Shown one piece after another: positions 30,836 to 39,079 of a stretch of 64,000 nt of DNA. Positions within the stretch are counted from its first letter, which is position 1. Each line of letters opens with the position of its first letter. The notes under the pieces were generated by a model. The model saw only the letters and a program-made list of their open reading frames with translations, made no database searches and had not been told where the DNA came from. Made by a program: the position numbers and the translations under genes. This DNA comes from Vulcanimicrobiota bacterium (lineage in GTDB: Bacteria > Vulcanimicrobiota > Vulcanimicrobiia > Vulcanimicrobiales > Vulcanimicrobiaceae): positions 2,368,001 to 2,432,000 of the forward strand of contig OY970223.1 of the NCBI GenBank assembly GCA_963714015.1. Direction: 5' to 3'.

Positions 30836-30993
30836 AGTTTTCTTTTCTCCAATTGGAAGAGTAACGATGGGTCGGTTCCAATAAGTTTTGCGCCGGCGTC
30901 CTAATGAAACGACGACGCAGCCGGATACTTGACGAAATTATAACACGAAGATTGCGCACCCCTTCGGAACTTCAAGAATATAGTACAAAAGTC

Positions 30994-32229
30994 TCATCGA
31001 ACGAAAAGCAGCGATAGGAATAACGCCGGGATTGCAGCGGCGGCTCCTAACCGGAAAAATTGCCCTAGGCTAATTTTTACTCGTTCCCGGCGCAATATCG
31101 CAAGCCAAAGCAGCGTCGCGAGTGAACCGGTAACGCTCAGATTCGGGCCAAGATCCACGCCGATTAGCGTTGCATGTACGATGTGCGCCGTTACGCCGTT
31201 GGCGCCGGCGGCGTACCGTGCAACGACGCCCACCGGCAAATTATTGAAGATTGTGTCGCCCGCAGTTACGGCAAAACCAGTGAGGAAGTCTCCGAAGATC
31301 GCCGGCGTGCGGCTCGTAAATATGAGAAAAGTGCGGGCTGCGTTCAGTACTCCCGTTGCATCCAGGGCTTGGACGATAACGAATAACCCCGCCACGAGCG
31401 CGACGATCGACCATTGCGCGTGCCGAACTGCGCTCGGAATGCTGCGCGAGTCCCAAATACCGACGGTAGCAAGCGAAACTACGCCGCCGACGAAGGCGCA
31501 CAAACCCACCGGCCAATGCAAAGCGGACGCGGTTAATACGAACAACGCCGACAACGGAACGAGGACCGCCGCGGCTTTCGCACCTTTGCCCAAAGCGGGG
31601 GACTCTTGGGTAAGCGAGCACGGCTGCGCGAGTGTATTGCGAAAAAGCAACGCTAGGACTTCGTACGTTACAACGATTGCAACGAGGGCGGGGACGCCGA
31701 ACGACTGGAACCAGATCGCCGGCCCAGGCAACGTGCGAAAGACGAGGAGGTTCGCGGGGTTCCCGATCGGCAGCAAAAAGCTGGCCGCATTGGCGACGAA
31801 AGCGCAGGCAAAGACGTACGGCAAAGGATTCGCACCGGCTTGCCTCACGGCCGCAAGAACGGCCGGCGTGAGCAGCACGATTGTGGCATCATTGGAGAGC
31901 AGCGCCGTAACGCCGACTCCCGCGACATAGGTTCCGGCAAAGAGCCGCCGCTGGGAACCGCGCGCAGCCGGAGTCACGCGCTTGGCCAGCCATTCAAACA
32001 GCCCTTGCGTACGTGCGGTCTCAGCCAGCGCGAGCATTCCGGTTAAGAAGAGATACACGTCCAGGCCGCTTTGCAATGCCAGCGCAGCCTGATGGACGGG
32101 AAGCAATCCGGAGATGACGAGCGCAGCGGCGCCGAGCAGCGACCAGCACCATTCCGGAATTCGAAACGGCCGTGCGGCGACTGCGGCCAACGTCAAACCG
32201 CACAGTGTCCAAATCCAGACGGCGCTCAT
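30994..32229 (-). CDS. ArsB/NhaD-family transporter
   Basis: LLSNDATIVLLTP, ANAASFLLPIGNPANL, NNLP, GVDLGPNLSVTGSLATLLW. Confidence 0.88.
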   Translation of the reverse strand: MSAVWIWTLCGLTLAAVAARPFRIPEWCWSLLGAAALVISGLLPVHQAALALQSGLDVYLFLTGMLALAETARTQGLFEWLAKRVTPAARGSQRRLFAGTYVAGVGVTALLSNDATIVLLTPAVLAAVRQAGANPLPYVFACAFVANAASFLLPIGNPANLLVFRTLPGPAIWFQSFGVPALVAIVVTYEVLALLFRNTLAQPCSLTQESPALGKGAKAAAVLVPLSALFVLTASALHWPVGLCAFVGGVVSLATVGIWDSRSIPSAVRHAQWSIVALVAGLFVIVQALDATGVLNAARTFLIFTSRTPAIFGDFLTGFAVTAGDTIFNNLPVGVVARYAAGANGVTAHIVHATLIGVDLGPNLSVTGSLATLLWLAILRRERVKISLGQFFRLGAAAAIPALFLSLLFVR

Positions 32230-32244
32230 CTGCGCGGCTTACCC

Positions 32245-32277
32245 AAAAAGAAGAAGGGGCGCCGAAACGCCCCTTCT
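32245..32277 (-). terminator. Intrinsic terminator of the second lipoprotein gene
   Basis: AGAAGGGGCG/CGCCCCTTCT stem with a T-run on the minus strand. Confidence 0.7.
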
Positions 32278-32303
32278 ACGGTTACGCCGAAGCGTAGATT
32301 GGT

Positions 32304-33319
32304 TTAGAGGTTCGCGTTGTACGAGGCGCCGATCAGCGTACCGCCGCTGATTCCCGGAGCCAGCTTGCGCGCGACCTTGCCCGCAAGCGTGTACGCCACG
32401 CCTTCGTCCAGACCGGCATCGGCCGTCAGGATCTGCGTGTAGGCCTTGTTGACACTGAAGGTCACCGGATCGCTCGCGCCGCTCAGCGTGATCGTGCTGC
32501 TGCTCGTCGTGAACGGTGAGGGCCAAACGGAGATGTCGTGGCCGTTTTGGTCGTCAATCCACATGTTCTTGTGGATAATTTGCAGTCCGCCGGGGAACGA
32601 GACGGCGGCGGCAACTTTGGGAACTCAATGACTTTGCCTTTGCCGAGCGCCCACTCGTTGACGATGGTGGCACCGCTGCTGTTGCGGCCGTCGGTGAAGA
32701 GGTTACCGCTGGGGTCGCAGCCGTCGAAGTATTCTTCGAGCGCACTCGAATCTTTCAGGTGCGAGACCTTGCCGTTGCGAACGATCGCAACGTTGCCGGC
32801 GCCGCCGCTCGTCGATTCGATGTTCGTCACTGCGATGTAGCCTTTGCACAGCGCAACGTCAGTCGGGTAGAAGTTGGGATCCGCGATCGTCTTGATCGGG
32901 GAGCCCGTGTACGGAGGCGCATATTCCAGGACATTTGACGCGCCCGTATTGGCAACGTAGAGATCGCCCTTGGCGTCGACCGTCAATCCTTGCGGATTGC
33001 TAAGGCCCGTGATCGATCCGCACATCTTTCCGGCGGAGTAAATGTAGACTTCGTTTTCGGTAAAGTCGGAAATGAACATGAGCGAGCTGCCGCAAGCGCC
33101 GTCGATCTTTGTCGCCGGCGTGAAGTATGCGGGCGCCGCCGCCTCAGATACACGATAGCTCATTTGCCGGTGCGTCGACATCATGTTGACCGGTTGAGAG
33201 ATCGTGTGTTGCAGCAATCCTGATCCCGTTGTCGGAATCTGCGATCCGCCGCCCGAGCACGCTGCGAGTGCGAGCGAGGCGACGATGGCGAGTGAACCCA
33301 ATCGCGTGGTTAAACGCAT
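32304..33319 (-). CDS. Secreted lipoprotein with NHL-like repeats, paralog of 29749-30835 (frameshift ~32617)
   Basis: MRLTTRLGSLA..LAAC-SGGG lipobox; GLSNPQGLTVDAKGDLYVANT. Confidence 0.75.
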
Positions 33320-33580
33320 GTAAATGTTCTCCAATAGAAGAGTAACAGTAATCGGTTCCAAGTGAATACGCCGGTGCCCGAACGGCAGCGACGGTTGCCG
33401 GATGCTACCAAAGTATGACGTCCTCGTACGCTTACCTTTTGCGCGGTTTAGGAATTTTGTACTTTCAAAAAGGCGTTCATGCGTCAACGAATGACGCTAT
33501 TCGAACTTTGCTGCGAGCTGACTAATGCGGCATAGTCCGCTTGCCGTTTGGGAGTAGTACAAAAGGCACAAATTGGACCC

Positions 33581-34480
33581 TCAATCCTTCATGCGGTCGC
33601 GGGGATGAGCCGCGTCGTACTGACGCTGTTTGTGCGTCATCGAGATTTTCAGATAGACGCCGGTCGTGGCGAGACTCTCGTGCCCGAGCAGTTCCCGCAC
33701 GGTTTCGAGGTCGACCCCGTTCTCCACCAAGTGCGTCGCAAAGGAATGGCGCAGGGTGTGGGGGCTGGCATGATACGTAATGCCGCTCACGTTATATATG
33801 TCGCGAAAGATCCGCCACACGTGCTTTGGCGTCAAACGCTTTTTCCCGCGTCCCAAAAACAGCGCCGCATCCGTCGTCGCGGGGCGGATGCGCAGATACG
33901 CTTCGATCGCGCGCGCCGCGCTGGTATTGATCAAAACGATCCGCTCTTTGCTGCCCTTGCCGTGCACGTGAATGGTGCGCCGGCGCAGGTTCACGTCTTT
34001 GAGGTCGATGCGCGCGACCTCGGCACGGCGCACACCGCTGGCGTACAGCAGTTCCATGATCGCAGTATCGCGCAGGCGCTGCCATGCGGGTCTGCCGGCA
34101 AGTGACGTCGAGAGCAACTTCCCGACGTCGGGAACGTCCAGATGCTCGGGCGTTTTCTTTTCGATTCGCGGTCCGGGGACGCCGGACGCCGGATCGTCCG
34201 CCCGCTGTCCGTAAAGACGCAAATACTTGTAGAGCGCTTTGATCGACGAAAGCTTTCGCCGCACGGTGCGGCTATCGTAACCGCGATCACCCGCCAGATG
34301 CATGATGTACCGGCGGACGTCCGACGTAGTCGCATCGCGCAGCGGCGCCTTATTCAGGAAGGCAGCGAACTCACGGAGATCCTGCGCGTAGGCCTCGACC
34401 GTCAGCTGGCTGCGGTTGCGCTCCAGGCGGAGGTAGGCCGTGAGCTCCTGGATGAGCGGGTCGACCGGCGGTCTCTCCAC
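33581..34480 (-). CDS. XerC/XerD-family tyrosine recombinase
   Basis: SAM-like N-domain TVEAYAQDL; catalytic R (SGVRRAE), K (GKGSKER), HTLRHSFATH, LLGH, Y (TTGVY), HPR end. Confidence 0.93.
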   Translation of the reverse strand: MERPPVDPLIQELTAYLRLERNRSQLTVEAYAQDLREFAAFLNKAPLRDATTSDVRRYIMHLAGDRGYDSRTVRRKLSSIKALYKYLRLYGQRADDPASGVPGPRIEKKTPEHLDVPDVGKLLSTSLAGRPAWQRLRDTAIMELLYASGVRRAEVARIDLKDVNLRRRTIHVHGKGSKERIVLINTSAARAIEAYLRIRPATTDAALFLGRGKKRLTPKHVWRIFRDIYNVSGITYHASPHTLRHSFATHLVENGVDLETVRELLGHESLATTGVYLKISMTHKQRQYDAAHPRDRMKD

Positions 34481-34505
34481 AGAGTTCTCCTCACGCCTCG
34501 GCTGA

Positions 34506-34533
34506 ATGCGACATAATAACAGTTTTATCGCAT
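34506..34533. other. dif-like Xer recombination site (11-6-11)
   Basis: ATGCGACATAA-TAACAG-TTTTATCGCAT; arms match 9/11 as an inverted repeat; the minus strand contains TTATGT, as in known dif XerD arms. Confidence 0.65.
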
Positions 34534-34620
34534 TCGAGAAGAGGCCGCTCGGCCCTTTGTGGGCAGGCGGTGGGTGGGAATCGGGGCTTCCGCCGGAATC
34601 TATTGTGTGGGGTGCAAGCT

Positions 34621-34734
34621 GTGCCGAGGACCGTCGTTCGAACCGTATTGATCGGCGTTTTCACGCTGATCGCGATGTTATCCGGATGCGACTTCGCGAC
34701 GCCGCGGCAGTTCGTCGAGTTTTGCTTGGCCTGA
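34621..34734 (+). CDS. Tiny or truncated lipoprotein
   Basis: MPRTVVRTVLIGVFTLIAMLSGC-DFATPRQFVEFCLA*, with a canonical LSGC lipobox. Confidence 0.4.
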   Translation: MPRTVVRTVLIGVFTLIAMLSGCDFATPRQFVEFCLA

Positions 34735-34808
34735 GATTCCGGTTTGGGTGGCAGTCGAAACCAACCGAGACACGTTGACCTCGCCGAGATCATCCGGTAT
34801 CTGTGGAT

Positions 34809-36300
34809 TCACGGAACGGGAGATGGCCCGGGAACTGTCGCCTTCGGCAAATGCGGAGCAACTGACGCGGCTCCCGGTTCGACTATGTGAGGGGTGATTA
34901 TGATATAAAGGTTCCTTTGCGTTTCAGTGTCGTGACGCGCGCGAAACAGACCTCCGATGATAGACAAAATCACCAAGGCGGGGTACCTTTGAGAAGTTTC
35001 GAATTTCTTCGTCTTCCAATAAGCCGCCCACGACGAAAGGCTGACCCTCCGCGACAGTAGCGCTCGTGCTGACCTGTCGGAGGCTAATCTGAGGAACATT
35101 CCCTTGCTGCGTCGGAACGAACGCCGTCACACTTGAAACCTCCGCAAATAGGTGCGAGGTGACAAAGCGGTCATTCGTAACTCGAGGCTCTATTTGCAAG
35201 TTCAGACCAACCGCAATGTAGTTCACGTTTTGCTGCGTAATTGTAAGGGATCCAGAATAGATTGTAGTTGACGCAATTGGTATTGCGTCGCCGGTCAAAA
35301 TCTGCGCGGATATGCCGTTTTGTGCGACAATTCTTGGGTTCGCCAAGATTCGCCCGCCGCCTCGAGCGATTGTCGCAAAAAGGCTTCCCTGAAAATGGGC
35401 TCGGGATGCGGCACCGAGCCCGTTGTTAATGTTGGAGATCCAGCGGCAACCGGAGTTCCCGCCCCACTAGTTAGATCCAGCCCTAAGTCGCGTGCAGTCT
35501 GTCTGACTAAGTTCGACGACTTCGCACTCCAGCATGACATTTGGTAATGGCTGATCGATCGCTTCAATTTCAGACTTACGGCGCCCGATCTGCTCTGGCA
35601 GTTCCAGAAAGAATCATCGCATTGAGTCTCCGATCCACCGCATGGTGGCGTTGGTGCGTCGCCCGACGCTCTCGATTCTGCTTGAGGCAGCGGCGCAGGT
35701 TGGTAAGGCTGTACTTGGCTCACGCCGGGCGACGTCGGAAGAATAAAACTTGACCGCTGAAACGTGTCGTTGGGAGCGATGCTGTGTCCCTCCACGCGGA
35801 CGCCAACCACTTCACTGATGTCAGCATATTTCAGGTACACTACATCATACGCCGGCGGCGCAGTAGACCGAACACCTTGCCCTAGAGAAAGCGACCGTGT
35901 TGCGCTTGATGCGACGGCGCGGCAACTTCAACGGAAAGAATGTTTGACGATTCGGCCGTGAAGATCGGCGTTGGACTTAACAATTTCATGAGCAGTTGCA
36001 CTTCGCCCGGTACGAGGTTAATGCGAAGAAATTGCAGTAGGCTCATTCCGCTGTACGACAACTGCCGTATGCTTGGAGAAAGCGTCGTCAAGGGAAGCAC
36101 TACGGTAGCATTTTCAGATCCCATCCCATCAACCCGCCAGCCCGCCGGGACGCCACCCGAAAAGGTTAGTGTTAGCACAGCGTTACCGTCTAGCGCCGAC
36201 TGGATGCGAACACGTGTTAGTTGCGAAGTTGCGTGCGCACTTGCAAGGGACATTTTTCTGATGGCACGAAGCAATCCAAAGAAAGCACGCGGCGATCGCC
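34809..36300 (-). pseudogene. Fragmented second secretin (GspD/PilQ-like) with an AMIN-like N-terminus
   Basis: Fragments in several frames: YLKYADISEVVG, TARDLGLD, ANPRIVAQNG..ILTGDAIP, VGLNLQIEPRV, VVGGLL..KVP, LYIIITPHIV. Confidence 0.75.
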
Positions 36301-36347
36301 CCCGGGGCAGCGTTGCTGCATGACTGGGAGAGTCACATCTGGCAGCG

Positions 36348-36995
36348 ATGCAGAAGGTAAAAAACATAGGCCGGCTTCGCGTTCTCGTAATGCTTTTGGG
36401 CACGACTTCCCTTATTGCGATGAACTACTGGCGTTTGGGATGGTTAGAATCGACTACGTACTCGGTTTTGTTCACTTTCTTGTCATACGTTGGGTTGCGT
36501 TGGCCCAGCATAAGAACGGTCTTAGCGGGAAACGCGCCCGACGACCATCTGTCATGGAGCGGTGCCTTCACGGGATCGGTCGTCTCGTGCACCCTAATCT
36601 TTATCTTCAGCCGATCCGCGGCCGGGGCACTTTTCATCCGCGATGCTCTCCTTGTGTTGGCTGGATATTACGCTATTGGAAGGTTGACGTGTGCATCTCT
36701 TGGGTGTTGCAATTTTAAGGACGAGCGTACCAAAAGCATCGTACCGCTTCCGCTCCCGCTCATAGAAGCCGCTTTACTAATAGTGCTTATGAGCTCTGTG
36801 ATGGTTACGCCATTTGCGCCAGGCGTTACGACCGGGTTTGCTTTCGCAGGCTTCGCTGCAGTGAGAGTAATGTCACGACTTTGTCGAGGCCAGGTCATTG
36901 GCTCGGAGTGGACAACATTGTGCTGCCCTGATGCGCTACCAAGCTTCTTCGGAGGCATAGCCTTTGCGTTTGTAGTCCAAGCGTCGGTTCGATAA
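36348..36995 (+). CDS. Divergent prolipoprotein diacylglyceryl transferase (Lgt)-like membrane protein
   Basis: Multi-TM; LSWSGAFTG, IGRLTCASLGCC, PLPLIEA and VRVMSRLCR occur in the order of the Lgt SxxGG / GRxGC..GCC / PxQLYE / RFxxExxR motifs. Confidence 0.55.
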   Translation: MQKVKNIGRLRVLVMLLGTTSLIAMNYWRLGWLESTTYSVLFTFLSYVGLRWPSIRTVLAGNAPDDHLSWSGAFTGSVVSCTLIFIFSRSAAGALFIRDALLVLAGYYAIGRLTCASLGCCNFKDERTKSIVPLPLPLIEAALLIVLMSSVMVTPFAPGVTTGFAFAGFAAVRVMSRLCRGQVIGSEWTTLCCPDALPSFFGGIAFAFVVQASVR

Positions 36996-38477
36996 GGCAC
37001 TAAATAGGAACAGCACCAGGAGCGATCCCGTGAGCAGTGAACTTCCAAAGCGGCCATAAGGCGTTTCAATGGATACCGGTACATCGACGGTCGCCTCTCC
37101 GATATTCCCAATGCTAAGAACGGGATGCCAGAAGCCTCGACTGTCTATTATACCTGAAGGGCCGGTCGTTCCATCCACGACGATTGGATGTCCCGTCTCG
37201 GCCGCTCGCATCCGCATTCCATCGATTTGTTGAAGGGGCCCCGAGACATCGTGAAACCAACTGTCGTCGGTAGACACTACAACGATTTCATTGCGCTGAA
37301 GCGATTTAACGAACGTTGGGAACATCCCCTCATAGCAAAGCAATGGTCTTATTGTCAACGGCGAGCCCGCTACGGTAAAATCGCGGGTAGCCTGCCCGCG
37401 TTGTAGGTCATGAAGCTGAGTCAGAATAGGGAAAATGCGCTCAAAAGCAGCACGATATGGCACGAACTCTGCGAATGGTACGAGCTGCTGCTTCACATAA
37501 ATGTCATTTGAACCGTCGGGATGTACCTCAACGAGCCTGTTTGAAAAAGTCAGTCCAGTACTCGGCGAGGAAACACCGATCAACAAGGTGAGATTCTCGC
37601 GATGTGCCAGGACGCGCGCCCGTTGCAAACTAACCTCGGCCACTGAAGGGTCGTGGGTGTAGATCGCGTCTTCAGGCCACACGATTAGCGCTGGCTTATG
37701 AAGCGCCGCGCTTTCGGTCAGATGTAGGAGCGTCTTCGTCACGCGAGCTTGTACCAGAGCCACTCGCATAGCACGACCGCCGCTTTGCCGAGTGACCGGA
37801 ACGTGGATCGCAGTCGGGGCGATTAGGAGCGATACGGCAGCCGCCGCTATTACCCAGCGGCGATTTGTAATCGAGAGGTTAAGCATGCAACTTATGCCAA
37901 CCGTGAACGCCGATAGGCCGAGGCTGCCGAATATCGGGAGAAGCAGCTGGGCCATCAGACCATCAACCTGTGACAAGGAGACGGCTCCAAAAGGGAAACC
38001 GTTTGGTCCTGCCATTTGCACCCATTCGGCGCATGCAAACAGTCCAGCTGTGGCAGTCGGCCAAGTTCGAGGAAAGCGGGCCCAAACGACGCACGAAAGC
38101 CCTCCCGCTATGGCGTACGGTGACGCTTTCATGCAAGCCGAAACCAGTGCGATTGCGTAATATGACAGCCCCATGATGCCAGCCGCCGACGCGTATATCC
38201 AATGGCACGAGCTGAGTATGACCGTTACAAAGAATACGTACGCGCAAATGGAGGCCCCCACAGGTGTCAACCGCCGAATTGCTAACAGCGGCGCTTGGAG
38301 CGCGAGTGGCATGAGAAACGAAACGCTAGAAGGAGCGAAGGAAAGCCCGGCAACAGCTCCTGCGCAAATGCTCAGCGCGACGGCCGATCGTGCATCAGAA
38401 GCGAATTTCACGAGACTCGTCTCTACGCGGTGAATTTGCGATGCCGCAATATTGACGGATATCCGTGCGTGTACCAA
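36936..38477 (-). CDS. lnt: Apolipoprotein N-acyltransferase
   Basis: N-terminal TMs, EW..GFPFG; nitrilase triad WPE, YVKQQLVPFAE, LLCYE; TDDSWF; RAAETG..TTGPSGIID; exact start uncertain. Confidence 0.9.
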   Translation of the reverse strand: MVHARISVNIAASQIHRVETSLVKFASDARSAVALSICAGAVAGLSFAPSSVSFLMPLALQAPLLAIRRLTPVGASICAYVFFVTVILSSCHWIYASAAGIMGLSYYAIALVSACMKASPYAIAGGLSCVVWARFPRTWPTATAGLFACAEWVQMAGPNGFPFGAVSLSQVDGLMAQLLLPIFGSLGLSAFTVGISCMLNLSITNRRWVIAAAAVSLLIAPTAIHVPVTRQSGGRAMRVALVQARVTKTLLHLTESAALHKPALIVWPEDAIYTHDPSVAEVSLQRARVLAHRENLTLLIGVSSPSTGLTFSNRLVEVHPDGSNDIYVKQQLVPFAEFVPYRAAFERIFPILTQLHDLQRGQATRDFTVAGSPLTIRPLLCYEGMFPTFVKSLQRNEIVVVSTDDSWFHDVSGPLQQIDGMRMRAAETGHPIVVDGTTGPSGIIDSRGFWHPVLSIGNIGEATVDVPVSIETPYGRFGSSLLTGSLLVLFLFSALSNRRLDYKRKGYASEEAW

Positions 38478-39079
38478 TTGCGTCCATTAAACGGCCAGTG
38501 GATCGCTTTTGCATTAATTCCGGTGACTGGGCCAGCCCAAACGGGAATCCTTCGATCATCGGTTGCCGAGACCGGGGCCATGGCAGTGCCGCTGAGCTTT
38601 ACGGGAATACGTGTCTGAAAAGGCTGCGCCCATTGATCGAACATTATTTTGTAGCGGAACGAAACTATTGAAACGCCCCCATAGCCGGCATTGTGCGTTG
38701 CCACAACAGCTGTCGGTTCGATACTCCCATAGCAAACGTAACCTGCGGAAGGTACGTCGCGTAAATAGCGAAGCACGTCTCTATGTTTGGGATTAACATT
38801 GTATGTAAACAGTACGCTATGGTCCCGAACGGTCCGCCCGACTCGTTGGAAGATACCCAGCGAGACCAATGCGTCCTCGAAGTTTTTCCGCGCGTCGTCT
38901 TCGCGGACTGTGTCGGGTAGGGCGATCACATCCGTACAAAGCCGGCCGTGCCACAGCGACTGGTTTTGGATTGCGCTTAGGGTTGGCGAACCGGCCGAGC
39001 AGCCGGTAAGCACTGCCCAAACAAGCAATAATACCGAACCGCGTGAGTCCGAGGGCCAGCCACCACGTCTAATCGTCAC
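38423..39079 (-). CDS. Hypothetical lipoprotein
   Basis: VLLLVWAVLTGC lipobox; overlaps the matrixin stop and the lnt start. Confidence 0.65.
   Translation of the reverse strand: MTIRRGGWPSDSRGSVLLLVWAVLTGCSAGSPTLSAIQNQSLWHGRLCTDVIALPDTVREDDARKNFEDALVSLGIFQRVGRTVRDHSVLFTYNVNPKHRDVLRYLRDVPSAGYVCYGSIEPTAVVATHNAGYGGVSIVSFRYKIMFDQWAQPFQTRIPVKLSGTAMAPVSATDDRRIPVWAGPVTGINAKAIHWPFNGRNWYTHGYPSILRHRKFTA

Noticed and set aside
10037..38922. KOPS-like GGGNAGGG octamers as support for dif
   Set aside because: The few instances seen (10037, 11888, 24852, 38915) occur in both orientations, so they are uninformative
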